From Geosiphon pyriformis uo1 (taxonomy: Eukaryota; Fungi; Glomeromycota), in NCBI GenBank assembly GCA_016748015.1, contig JAAOMT010000009.1, positions 1,174,954-1,238,953 of the forward strand: DNA of 64,000 bases. Reading direction: 5' to 3'. The position numbers and the translations under genes are program-made. Positions 1 to 12,302 of this stretch are shown here, one piece after another; positions within the stretch are counted from its first letter, which is position 1, and each line of letters opens with the position of its first letter. Below the pieces are notes generated by a model that saw only the letters and a program-made list of their open reading frames with translations, made no database searches and was not told the origin of the DNA.

Positions 1-27
1 AAAAAAGCTGATCAAAGAATCACCAAC

Positions 28-1090
28 CTGGTTTTCTCTTGAGCAAGTGCTCAGATTCATATGCAGTTATTTGACTCACTGTTGTAAATACATCTGAACA
101 GTGAGCCGCGGCTCTTTCAACACAATATCGGTGATATATGCCACGTTTTCCAGCTTCCTCGTCTACGGCAAAGTTAGCAATGTTATTGTAGAAATCTACA
201 GATCCAGCGCACAAATATCGTCCAAGCAAAGTTGCATGGGTAGTGAAGATTGTGGTCACGTCTATATGACGTTTCCGAATGAGCGGAATTGCAACACCAG
301 AAAGCCACTCGTGGAAATGTGCAATGACTGCTTTACTGCGCTCAAGTTTGACAAACTAATCATAAGATTTAATATTAAAAATTGCCTTCTGGTTGCTTGT
401 ACTGGTAGGTCATATGATTGCAAATTATCTGAATTTTACCTCTCCCAAAAACCAGGTGACAAGGTAACCAAATAAGATGGCTTCATTTGTTTCGGTATCA
501 TTTTGGGGAGATGGTATATGAGCGATATTCCATAGATCTCCTTTCCATTCATCAAGCTTATTGATGACAGACTGGGTATCAAATAAGAGTACTCGTGGTG
601 CACCTTCGATCAACCAACGTCCGTACACATATTTTACTCCATAGTGAGACATGCCATCAAGAACTTCTTTGACGTATGGCATTGTGGGTTCTTCGGGTTC
701 TACCTCTGCGGAAGCAGTCTTATACGCAAGAGGTCCAATCAGAGTGAATCTGTCGCCATATTCTTGACATGTAACAGGAGCTTTCGATTTGATCACAGTA
801 TAAATTCCTCCAACTGAAGAAATGAAACAAATACAATAGATTAAATTCAAATTTCTTTTCCTAACAGGAGATAGAAGTTTGAAGATCCATCGATAAAGAA
901 AATTGATTTCAATTAAATATCTAATTAAGAGGAAAAGCTAAATTATTTGAAGGATTTAATTTCTCCTTTCCCGACCCCAAGTGGAAAATAAAGCAATTAT
1001 GGTGATATGTTTGATTTTAAACATACCTTTATTTGCAACCTCCCACGCAATTTCAAACAATAAATGGTTATGAACATCACGGTGAACCAT
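28..1090 (-). CDS. GSY: Glycogen synthase (GT3), 5' part; exons 1090-1027, 813-440, 355-28; continues off the left edge
   Basis: Spliced translation [36 protein letters not shown]...[10 protein letters not shown]...[21 protein letters not shown]...[14 protein letters not shown]...[21 protein letters not shown] matches fungal/animal glycogen synthase motifs; GT-AG introns restore the frame. Confidence 0.97.
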
Positions 1091-1958
1091 TTTATTTTTT
1101 ATTTTAAAATTTTAACAATAATACCAAAGACTACAAGGTAGTAAAATGGAAGGAAGAGTGGACAAAGAATTATCATAAAATTTGAACAAATTTCCTTTTT
1201 GCTAGGACATTCACTAAAAAAAACATGGCTATTTTATATTTTAATGATGAAGACGATAAATTGATTATGAGAATCTTTGAATCGATAGTACAAATGATGG
1301 GGAAATATCTAGTTCTGTTAAGGGAAAGTGGCGACTAATTTAAATGGCCACATGTTGTTTTCAGCTAGCCGTTTTCGGAGTCTAGTTCTCAGATTGCCCA
1401 AACCCCACAAATTTATGTTTAAATGCCACCTGTAATGATGTAATGTTTATGGCATGTTCATCGATTGGGAAAGTATTTCCAGATATTTGACGACACTATG
1501 CTCAATTTAATGCATTAATTTTAAATGGTTTCTCTAATTGTGAACATGCGAAAGACCCGAAATTTTTATGGTTCAGGGTACATTATAAATTCATAATCAT
1601 CTAAATTAAATGCGCATTCCGTTGAAGTTTTTGAACTCTCTTGGTCCTGCAATCTAATGATCAAATATATGGCTGCTAAAAAAAATGGTCTCCCATAATA
1701 TTCAATATGCCGATTTGATCAAATCAAATTTTTTAAAATGCAATATTGTTATAATAATCATGATGATGATTAATAAATCTCCTCAAGCAAAATGCCTCTA
1801 AGAAATAAATCACAGAATATAAAGGAAATGATTTAATTCATTTCAAAGGATATAAATTTGTCAAATTTTTTCAGGTAGGCTAACAAACTATCAAATATTT
1901 CTTTCAATTAATTATCAATTCATCTTTTATCTATTTCAATTCCGATTACCTTTTTCCA

Positions 1959-2326
1959 ATGGCAAGATATTTTGTCTTTCGAAAGCCAGTATTCCTCACG
2001 TTACTTCTCGTATTATGCGATTGGTTCACCAACGCTGCATTAATTCGAAAACGTAATGAAATTTGTTTGAACCAATGCAATGATCCATTCAACAATCCGT
2101 GCGGCTTCCCCGTAATGCCATGTGTCGAAAGTGAATCACTTCAAACGCAATCCACCCAACAAGAGGATTGTCTCGAAGATCACCGACTCTCGGCGTGCGA
2201 CAATAATCAATATCAGCAACAATCATGTGATAAAAAAGAAAACGATTACACTGTGATTACAAAGCGAGATCAGTTACTGAGTAAAGAAAGGCTAAGGAAA
2301 CGATATACAAACTATGAAATAGTACC

Positions 2327-2358
<32 letters not shown>

Positions 2359-3683
2359 GTGGTGGTGACGATGAGAATATAATCATGATTATGAATGAAG
2401 AGGAAAATGTGCCCGTCATGATGGAAAATTATATGATACCGAGTGAATGTATTATGCCACCAATCCCAAACATTGGAAATTTCAAAACCGCCCAAGATAC
2501 GAATTATCAAGAATGTTGTTGTAATAGTCATGCCCTACAATCGTGCTCAGATAAGCAACATCAAGCCGAAGAAGCTTGTGGTGGACAAGGTTCTTGTGCC
2601 CTCGCATTAAAACGATATCTGAGTCGACGTTGTGATCCTTATATTGGAACTCCTCTTTCCTGTGGTTGTGACATTTGTCCCTTACCGATCATTCCTCCCG
2701 TAGAAACTTATAAATGTTGTAGTAACAAAGATTATCAACAATGTGGTGCCGAAAATGAATCTCTGGAATCTTGTTGCAATGATCAACATGGAATTAATTC
2801 GTGCAGCGAACAACAAGGTGCTAGCACTTACATTATGAAACGTGAATTTATCCCAACTAATGGTGATCAGTGTGGTTTTCCTTGTTGTCCAAATCAAGCA
2901 GTTGAAAGTCTGAATTCTTGCTGTCAAGATGAATATTCAGAATTCGGTTGTAACAATTCGGCTTACGAGTCATGTGATAATAAACAAAATCAACTATGTT
3001 GTTGTGATCAAAATGAGGAAGCTTATACTCGAGTTGCTCGAAAGAAGAAACGATCCCGGTCATTTATACCTTCAGGACCCTTGAAAAGAAGACACCTTAA
3101 ACGCCAATGTACATACACCATTTCAATGCTAGATGTTGGCGATTGCAAAACAGCGGGACAAAAAGAATACGCGTGTAGCAACTGTAAATCAGGTGAAACA
3201 CAAGCCTGTTGTAATCGACAAGCTGAGGAGCAAAAGACTGGTGGTTGTGGAGGTTCTTTTGATCTTGTGATGAAACGAAATCTGGGTTTCCCTTTTCAAA
3301 ATAATCATCGTATCAACAAACTCTTACGTCGACGACCCCTTCAAATAAATATGGCGATGGAAAGAGAAAGAGAAGGACAAGTAGCTGATTGCGATAATGG
3401 ATCGACTTGTGAATCGTTTGATAATCAGGATCAAGTTTGTTCGAATGATTTATATCAAGTCGAAAAGGCCGCGCTTGGTACGAATATGATGCGAAAACGG
3501 TCACCATTAAATCTGGCTATGGCGATGGAAGGACAAGAAAGACAGTGTGAAGCTTGTTGTGATGATACTCAACATGAGGAATGTTGCTGCCAGCAAAACG
3601 AGCTAGAAAGCTGCGAATGTTGTGAAGATAGCTTTGCTGCATTGGATGCCAAAAATCCTAGAATATGGATGGAAAAATGTTAG
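1959..3683 (+). CDS. Secreted Cys/Gln/Asn-rich Kex2-processed repeat protein (KEP-like precursor), 574 aa, 7 modules
   Basis: Intronless ORF; hydrophobic N-terminal signal (VFLTLLLVLCDWFTNA); >10 KR/RR sites; about 55 Cys; five ungapped 48-aa repeats ending in KR/RK plus two ~55-aa repeats; TATAAAT at ~1851. Confidence 0.85.
2328..2357 (+). repeat. (GAT)10 microsatellite encoding poly-Asp in the KEP-like protein
   Basis: Visible GAT run in frame. Confidence 0.9.
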
Positions 3684-5078
3684 TGTGTATGAGAAAGAGA
3701 TTAATGTTATTTGGAATGTGATAAATATTGTATTTTAGAATTTCATATTATAATATCAAGTCATGTAATTTATTTAATTGAACCCGAATCAGAAAAAGAA
3801 GGAATAGTGTACCTGATATTAGACTTTCCTTCATATAATTAATGCCATTGGATTAATATTTTTCATTCCCTGATGCGTATTTTATGATGGTTGGTTTACA
3901 TTGCTTGCCATAAATAACGAGAATTAAAAAACAAGGCCCTAAAAAAACACTGTAAAATGAAAAAAATTCCACTTGGTGATTGTGGTATTCACAATCCTCC
4001 AATTTTAGCAAGATTAAGTAATGTTTCTCTTTTTACAACATATAAATATGTTTTATAACTCAAAAGAAAAAAAAAATTGAAGCTATTTCTTTATTTTAAC
4101 CATACAATAATTTTTGCCTTCTTAAAACCAAAATGTTACCAATTGAAAATTAGATTTTAAAAACCATTAAAAAAATATTTTAATTAATTATTATTAGCCA
4201 ATTGTATTAAATAATTTTTTTAAATACTTAAATTTTGAAATATGTATTTTAAAAATATAACTTTTTAATTTCTCAATTATTTTTAATAAAATAATTATTT
4301 CCTCTTTTGTTTGAATATTATTATTAAATTCTAAATTTTAATAAACCCCCAAATTAATAAATAATTTTTGGTTAAAATTAATATTTAATAATTCAAAATA
4401 AATAGTTTGAGAAATTACTGTAAAAATCATAAATATTTTAAATATTGACATCTATTATTTTTAATTGTGTTGATTAGAGTTCTAAAAAATGAATCATCAA
4501 AAAAGAGGTTTTTAAAATTTTTTACAAATGAAATGAGCCAAAAAAATTCTTTTTCAAAATTTTTCAGGGCAGCAACGAAAAAGATTTAAATAACATATTG
4601 GAATTTGCAAGACCAACAAAATTTACATAAAGAATATAGGCTTACAGAAAAAAATAGCATATAAAATGAAAATATTATATTATCAAATTATAATGAATGG
4701 TCAATTTTACGTTGAAAGAATGCTAGGAGATTCCAGCAAGATAATAATCCGAAGCACAAATGTAAAATTGCTCGACCATTTATTGCTATTGAATGAGGAG
4801 TGGCCGGATCCACCCTAATTGGCTTTTGTGAGATGGTGATCGCGAATAGTTGAAATGTAATAATCATTTTTCTAAATCCGGCTTAGAATTGTACTAGCGT
4901 ACACTCACAGAAAATTATTAGCATACACAATTAAACAATTATGTCTTAATTTGGTAAATGAAATGTCGAAAATAATTAGTTCATAGATTATTTGCATATA
5001 GACACTAAATCTACATACTTGTAAAGCTGGAGCTCAAATAATAAAGTTCAGAGAATTTATTGCCAAAAAACGATTCTC

Positions 5079-5106
5079 GTTATTTACAGCGAGCGCTGTA
5101 AATAAC
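5079..5106. promoter_or_regulatory. Perfect 13-bp inverted repeat with 2-nt spacer upstream of the GT-B gene
   Basis: GTTATTTACAGCG-AG-CGCTGTAAATAAC, ~280 bp before ATG 5388; regulatory role is inferred. Confidence 0.45.
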
Positions 5107-5387
5107 TATTCAAAAGGGTGGAACCGCAAGAAAATATTTTTTATAACGGAAATTTTCATAATAAAAAATCTGGAGTTGGAAGTTTCATCAATCACCCTTG
5201 GGCAGGATATTTAATCCTTCGACTAATTCATTTTTAAATTATTCAATTTTTTAGATTTCCTCTCGAAATTTGGTTATTCTACATGCTGTCCTACCCTCCT
5301 ATTAATTGGATATGGGTATACATATTACCGGACTTCAATTATTTGTTTCGCGCCATTTGAGAAATTATTTTATAAAGATAACCTCAA

Positions 5388-6994
5388 ATGTCGCCTGTCA
5401 CACAAAACATGAAAGAAAAGCTCATTCAGAGTTATGTATTTTGCTATTATGTGTCTGGTCATGGTAAGTTCAGTTCCAATTCATTATAGTTTTTATTCTC
5501 AAATTAAGATTTTAACTGAGTGCATCCTTAGGCTTTGGACACGCAACTCGAGTTGTTCAAATTGCGACCAAGCTTTTGGCTCTTCCGCGTCATCACAAAC
5601 TTTACATAATATCCAACGCACCAAAATTTATTTTTAACAGTGCAATCAGTGTTGGAGCCATCTATAGACATGCGCTCATTGACGCTGGAGTAAACCAACC
5701 GCTAGCATATACTGTTGATAGATGCCAAACAATAAAAAATCTGCAAACATTCCTAAGCAAGAGACAGGATTTGTTGGATCAAGAAGTCAACTGGTTGCGA
5801 GAGGTCAAGGCCGATATTGTACTATCTGATGCTCCATTCTTGCCATGGTAGTTCAACTTTTTTTAAAAGAAAATTTTTTAATTAACCATGTTTTAATCGG
5901 GTATTCAATACATTTTTGATTTTAAACATAGTGCAGCTGCTGCCGAAGTCGGGATTCCATCTTCAATAGTCAGTAATTTTACTTTTGATGCAGTATATTC
6001 TGGTTTGTGTGAAGGTGACGAACTAGATATTACCATAAACCATCTTTCGGACCACGTGATTGCCGATTATAGAAAATCCGAATTGTTAATAAGACTCCCA
6101 GGTTATATTTCAATACCTTCATTTGCTGGCACACAACTATATCCGGATTCAAAAATCTTACCAGTGGAATCTGTTAGTAATGGTATTGTCTCCCTTTCAA
6201 CATCCTTCAGCAACAAATCGAAAGCATTGAAACAAATAACTCGTCGGATAATTGATGTCCCCCTTGTGGTTCGAAAATTTAAAAACCCTCGAGAGATGGT
6301 TCTCAAAAATCTTGGGATTCCACAAGAGATATTTCAGGCAAACAAAGTTTTATTGGTGTCCTTTGGGGGACAAATACTTCAAGACATTGATACTTTAAAT
6401 TCACCAATACCTGATGGATGGATTGCAATAGTCTGTGGTAGTCATACGATGAAAGGCAAAGTATTACCGCCACGGTTTTACCGATGTCCTGTAGATGCAT
6501 ATGTTCCTGATTTGACCAATGCCGCAGATGTAGTTATGGGAAAATTGGTAAGGTTAAAAAGTTTTAATTGTTACTCAATTTTTTACTTGTTTAAAAGCTT
6601 AATCATGCTTTTAAAAACTTTAAATTAACTGTCATAATAGGGTTATGGAACTTGTTCCGAATGTATCGCCCATTCCAAGCCATTTATATATGTACCACGT
6701 CCACAATTTATAGAAGAAGATGGTCTTAAACGTTTGATGGAAATTCAAGGATCATGTGTCGAGATGCCTAAAGAAGATTTTGAATTAGGTCATTGGAGTA
6801 GCTATATTCTTCATGCCTACGGGATGCTCGGAGTTTGCGAAGAATCAAATCAAAGATTGTCGCATGATGGTGGTGAAATTGTGGCCCAAACTTTAGAACA
6901 ATATTTGGATGAACGTGGCGGTAATTTTAATATCGATTTGACGAGATCTTCTCAAGCTACTCCTTTGGACTCTAGTGTTGCTGCCCTAATATAA
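5388..6994 (+). CDS. L-arabinokinase N-terminal-like GT-B (glycosyltransferase-fold) protein without a GHMP kinase domain; exons 5388-5463, 5532-5847, 5932-6547, 6641-6994
   Basis: Spliced motifs YYVSGHGFGHATRVV, DIVLSDAPFLPC, VSNFTFD, LVSFGGQ, YVPDLTNAADVVMGKLGYGTCSEC, PFIYVPRPQFIEE resemble the plant ARA1 N-terminal domain; canonical GT-AG introns. Confidence 0.88.
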
Positions 6995-8581
6995 TCATTT
7001 ATTACACGTTACTTTTCATTCATTCATTCATTCATAGAGAATTTTATTAATCTTATTTAATCAGTTCTTAATAAGTATTTAGACGCCTTCGGATAGAAAA
7101 TTCGGCTTATGGTTTAGATTTTTTTTAAAACATAGACCCAAGATTTTAGATACATTAGAGTAACTAATTTATTTAAACGAGTTTATTATTACAATTATGA
7201 TTGTTATGGTTATTATATCTTTAATTTAATGTTTATTGAACAAATATGGTAAAAAATATGTTAAAACTTAAAGTTTTGGTGATTTGAGGTTTAAATTCAT
7301 TATACGTATTAGAAAATAAATTTTAATTTGTAATAAAACTTATAATTTCACAATTAAAATTATTAAATTTTTTGTCTCATTTTATAAAGTGTGATAATTG
7401 CAATATAAAATATATTGTTTTTACATTTTTAAAAATCTCAAAAATTTTAATGATAGATAAATTAATTGCTAAAATATTTTTACCTTTAATATTTAATCTT
7501 TTACTTGGTAAGTTAACAACAAAATCACCAATTCGTAAAGATTATTTATGAACTTATTGATACAAATTGGTTTCCATTTCTAGCTCAAGATAAAAACTAT
7601 GATTTTTCAATTGTTTAGTTACAAAGTTGTAATTTGAATCATTTAAATATCTAATGTACAAGGCTTTTTATCTGAAAACAGACAAAATAAACTTTTCCAA
7701 GAGCTAACAATCATCAAAAAAGCATTCACATCTTGAACTTTTGGCCATGTAATTCATTGGTATTTTTAAATTACATGAAAGTTGTCCAACAATATGAGTT
7801 GATACTCAATGTCAGACTTATCTTCAACTGCCTAATTGTCTATAACATGTGAAGTTCTTAGATCTTTTGATTAATTCAGCTTAAAATACTATATTATGTA
7901 AATCTTTTCATTAAACATCATCTATGCTACTAGGTCAATAAACCTCATAAATTCTAACCACTAAGACACAACATGTTTCAACTTACTTTTTGAGTGTTAA
8001 TATTTTCTTACAAAAATACACTCAAGCTGTTGATGGGCCAGTTTGTTTTGTTTGTCTGTTTCTGGATTAATTGTTCAGCTTATTTTTCTTTAATTAAAAT
8101 TAACTAACTGCTGCTTGGTTTTCAAATATTTACTTTAAAAAATCTATACCAATATTTTGTAAAAGAGCATTTTTATAAGAGACTCTACAATTATATTTGA
8201 GTTTATTCTTTACATTAAGTGGATACTCTAGCAATTTTTTAAAGTATAAAATATTACTCTGTGTATACAAAACTTTTATAATAATACTATTTACTTTTTT
8301 AATGTTTTAATCTCAAGTTAAGATTTGAATTAAAACCAATTAAAACAACCAAATTATTGATTGCTGTTTCTCTTACAAAATATCAAACCAAATAGTATTG
8401 TCAAGCTATTTGCTTAGATTACAAGACTTATATGTTAAATACACAAATAAAATACCAATATTATAACTTGTTATTGTAAGTTTAACTAAAATCAATAAAT
8501 GTTTATAATAACTATTATGGTTTTACTGGATTTAATTAAAAACATCTGTAAACAAACTAACCAGCAAAATTAACAAGACAG

Positions 8582-9587
8582 TGTTACCAGTAGAATTTTA
8601 GCTATTAATTAGCATGAAATTACTCTTATAATTCCTATAATTAATTAGTATATTAATATCATTTCAAATTATCATTTATTATTTCATCAATTATCACATA
8701 TTACGATTCAATTAAATAATCCAATTAGTATAACAAAAAGTAGGATGATCAAATTACACAATACCCTGAACTTTGTAACATTCAAAAATTTGCCGAAATT
8801 TACAGAAATTCACTGAAATTTATAAGAAATTCACCGAAATTTATAGAAATTCGCCAAAATTATGAATAGTTCACCCAAATTAATCAATAGTTCAGTGAAA
8901 TAACTTGTAGTCCATCAAAATGTATCTTTAGTTCACCGAAATTTGAGCAAAGAGAAAAAGTGCAAAGACTAGTACTACAACAAGTTGTATAAAAGAAGAG
9001 CTTTTTTCTTCAAGAAAATATATCTTACTTTAGATTTATCACTTAGAACCATTCCTATACACACAAAAAGAAATAAATATTAAATAATTTAAAAACCCAA
9101 ATTCTTTAATTATTGCACTTGGAAAATTCCCAAAACCCAACTAACGTTTTGAAATTGATTAGCTACCAATTTCAGTAAACTGTTAGTGACTCCAGGTCTG
9201 GATAGAAAACATTTCCCTTGACAGAATTCAATTTCTTTTACATTTCTTTTACATTTCTTTTATTTTCTTATTATAATCATTAAGGTAGCCTACAGACAAG
9301 ATTCTTGTAGAAGAGTTGATTTTCACAGCAAAGTAACTACACATTTTTAGTGAGCTTCCAGACGAGCAATTTCTGGGAAAGAGTTGACATTTACTACAAC
9401 GTAACTACATAAAGTAACTGGCAAGAAATTGGCCATTCCACTTATAAGCCCAGCAAGTTCAAATTATATTCTATAATTTGAAGATAAATTCAGTTATTGG
9501 AAGTTCAACTACTTCTAGAAAACGTGAATTTGCAACCAACAGACATTTACAACATTCAAGAAAAGAGACCAAAAACCTTCGGTAACA
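8582..9587 (+). mobile_element. Solo LTR (family A)
   Basis: TGTTACC...GGTAACA termini, 4-bp TSD ACAG, empty site seen in the right arm at ~60250; internal ~20-bp tandem repeats at 8790-8945. Confidence 0.93.
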
Positions 9588-11559
9588 ACAGTAATTACAA
9601 CAATCAAAGATTTAAAAGTTAAAATTCGAATAATTGTAAAGAAAACTAACTGCTGTTAATATTAAAATTAGTTTTAAAGCTTAATTCTAATCATTCAAGA
9701 TTTGTATTTTTAAAGTTAGGTCTAAATTTTTTTAGAGAACTAACTATATCTTAAACATTTTAACCAGCTGCTGCTTCAGTCAATAATTACTTAATGCAAT
9801 TATACTTATATTGTTAAGTTCTAAATTAAAACACCAAAAGCCATTTAGTTAATAAACTGCATACTATTTTGATAAAATAGTATCTGGCTGCTAATTGTTT
9901 ATTTATGTTATCATAATTTGTCGAATTATTATTATACCAATTGTTTTCACAATTGTGTTAAAATTTTTTATGAAAAATTGGTAGTATCTTTAGCTTTAAG
10001 AATTTCTAACAATTTGACTCTTTTGCTTTTAAAAAATTTTGTCTATCTATTAAATGAAAATTTTAAAGTCACTAAAACAAAAATAAATACCATAAATATT
10101 ATTACTTTTCATAAACAATACTTTAATTGGGCTCCTAATTTAAAGCATCAACTCATTTGTTAAAGTGTAAATCTTGTTTAAATGACCTTATTCCCAAAAC
10201 TGGTGTTAATGATCTCTTTTCAAAAGTAAATAAATCTACTAATGATTTCAAGATGAATTGAAAAATAAGCTATTGATCAACTAAGATATTGGTTTTATTT
10301 ATGCCAACATATACTAAATAGTCTGTAATCTGCAAATTTTCTACAACTAACTATATATATTCTTGTTTTTTATACTTTAGCACTTAGAGACCTTAATCCT
10401 TAGCTAAAAAAGATTGATTTCAAAAATAAATATTTTGTTTCCTAATAGAAATAAAGAATTATTCTTTATTATATTGTTTATTAATTCTCAATATTATTAT
10501 TATGAACTAGAAAGTTTTCAAATATTATTAAAATTATTGTATATCAATTTCTATAATTGATTAATAAGTAAACATCATTAATGAGCTTTAAGTAATCAAT
10601 AAAAATCGAAGATATAAGTGTTTTTTAAACTAGAAACATTAATTGTAATTTTGATCTGATTGATTTCATTAAATAAAAAATTGTTAATTTTATTTACTCA
10701 TTGTTAGAATATTGTTAACTGTAAAATACTGTGAACTTTTATTTTTCTGGAAGAACACAATGACTGAATGAGCAAAACTGCTCTGAAAGTAGTTAAAAAT
10801 AAAAATAAAACAAAAGAAAAATGTAAAATGCTATAATTAATGAGTAATCTAATTTTAGAAACTAGACAATTAACAAAAAAAGCATGGGATTTAAGCACTA
10901 TAGAGGATTTTAGAACATTAGTATTTGCAAAAACATTGTTTTGTATAGTTAATAATAAGTTGGCAGAGTTCTTGGATGTCAGCAAAGTAAGAAGCCTGAA
11001 AAAAAAAATTGTATTAAACTTAACTTTAAAACTTTTGGAACATTATTATTATTCTGAAACAAAACATTGTATCATTGTAACAGAATTTTTAATTATCTTT
11101 TTAGAGTAAAAATCAAATGTTAAATAAATTATTAATAATTCTAATTAACCAATAAAAAAATTTTATATTAAATTATTTTTTAAAAGTTTATATTTAATAA
11201 TTATGTAATTTTGTTTTTAATGTAAATTTTATATTATGTTATTAGTTTACAATCAATAAAATTAATAATGGTTAACTATTAATTGTTTTAAAATAAATGT
11301 AACTAATTATTTAAGCCAATTAAGACCATATTACATTGAATTTAACATAAAAAACCTATTTTAAACAGTTATTTTATGTTTATATTATACTTATAAAAGC
11401 ATTATTATTTTTAATTAAATTATTTATTTAATTAATAGTTTTTTAAAAATTAAACTTAATATTAAAAGCATTAAATTTTTATAATATTATTATCTTAATA
11501 AAAGTTTTTTTATTTAAAAATAAGTTTTTAATAATATTAATTTACATATTATTTTAAGT

Positions 11560-12302
11560 ATTATTCAAGCTATATTTTATTTAAATTAGTAATAATTTTA
11601 CTAAAAACACCAATAAAACTTTTTGTTTCTTTAATTTTATAATTACAATCAAAGCAAAAAGTAAAAAGGCTGTATTTAATATTTTTTAAGATATTTAATA
11701 AAGTTTTAATCAAAAAAGTTTTTTTTGTTATAAAAACTGCTAAACAAAATATCTTAAAAGTTTTTTTCTTAAATAACAATAGTAAAAAACTGCTTTTAAT
11801 AGTCATTAAAGCATTTTTTTATTTTTAACTGGCTTTTTTAATATTTTTTTTTTTAAAATAATTAAAAAAATCAAAAGTTTAAAAAAACAGCAGCAATTAC
11901 CTACCTTTATTATTGTTACACTAAACCTATTTGTAATTTTTAATGAAATTTTAGAAAAAATTTCTGTTGTATTATTTGGTTTATTATCTAAGATAAACCA
12001 AGATTAATTATTGGTTATATTATCTAATATAATGTTTTTTGGTAAATTTTTACTAATTATAGAAGCAAAGCAACTTTTTTTTGTTGAATTATCTGTTTTT
12101 GGAAACTGAATTAATCAAATAAAAATTAAATCATTTTTTTTGTTAATTTTTGGTGCTGTTATTAGTAGTATTTAGGAAACTATTACTAGTTATCAAAGAT
12201 TTATTAAATAAATAACTTCTACTTTAGTGTTTAATACAATTTTTAAGATCAAATTGGCTTATATTAAAGCTGTTTTTCAGTCTATACATGGTTTTTTAAA
12301 TG
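11560..12302 (+). mobile_element. Degenerate LINE 5'/ORF1 fragment (inverted copy at ~57540-58340); 5' boundary approximate
   Basis: Reads FKIKLAYIKAVFQSIHGFL, similar to the ORF1 motifs KLNFIKKIFSGVNGF (31085 ORF) and KLLALKKIFYHVNGF (53002 ORF). Confidence 0.55.

Larger units (their letters stand above)
6672..12302 (+). repeat. Left arm of a large inverted duplication (partner 57607-62144); contains a 1-kb solo LTR absent from the partner
   Basis: Continuous reverse-complement similarity, e.g. ORFs 6734-6994(+) vs 61825-62085(-) and 10840-11109(+) vs 58785-59012(-). Confidence 0.95.

Noticed and set aside
101-475. Plus-strand 124-aa ORF and other short antisense ORFs over genes and TEs
   Set aside because: Shadow frames of glycogen synthase, the KEP-like gene, LINE or Gypsy coding sequence
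1959-6994. KEP-like gene plus GT-B gene as a glycosylated-RiPP cluster
   Set aside because: The GT has no signal peptide while the precursor should enter the ER; no DUF3328 oxidase, peptidase or transporter nearby; adjacency alone is insufficient
8790-8945. Regularly spaced ~20-bp repeats (also 39500-39650) resembling a CRISPR array
   Set aside because: Tandem units without unique spacers, inside LTRs of a eukaryote; no cas genes
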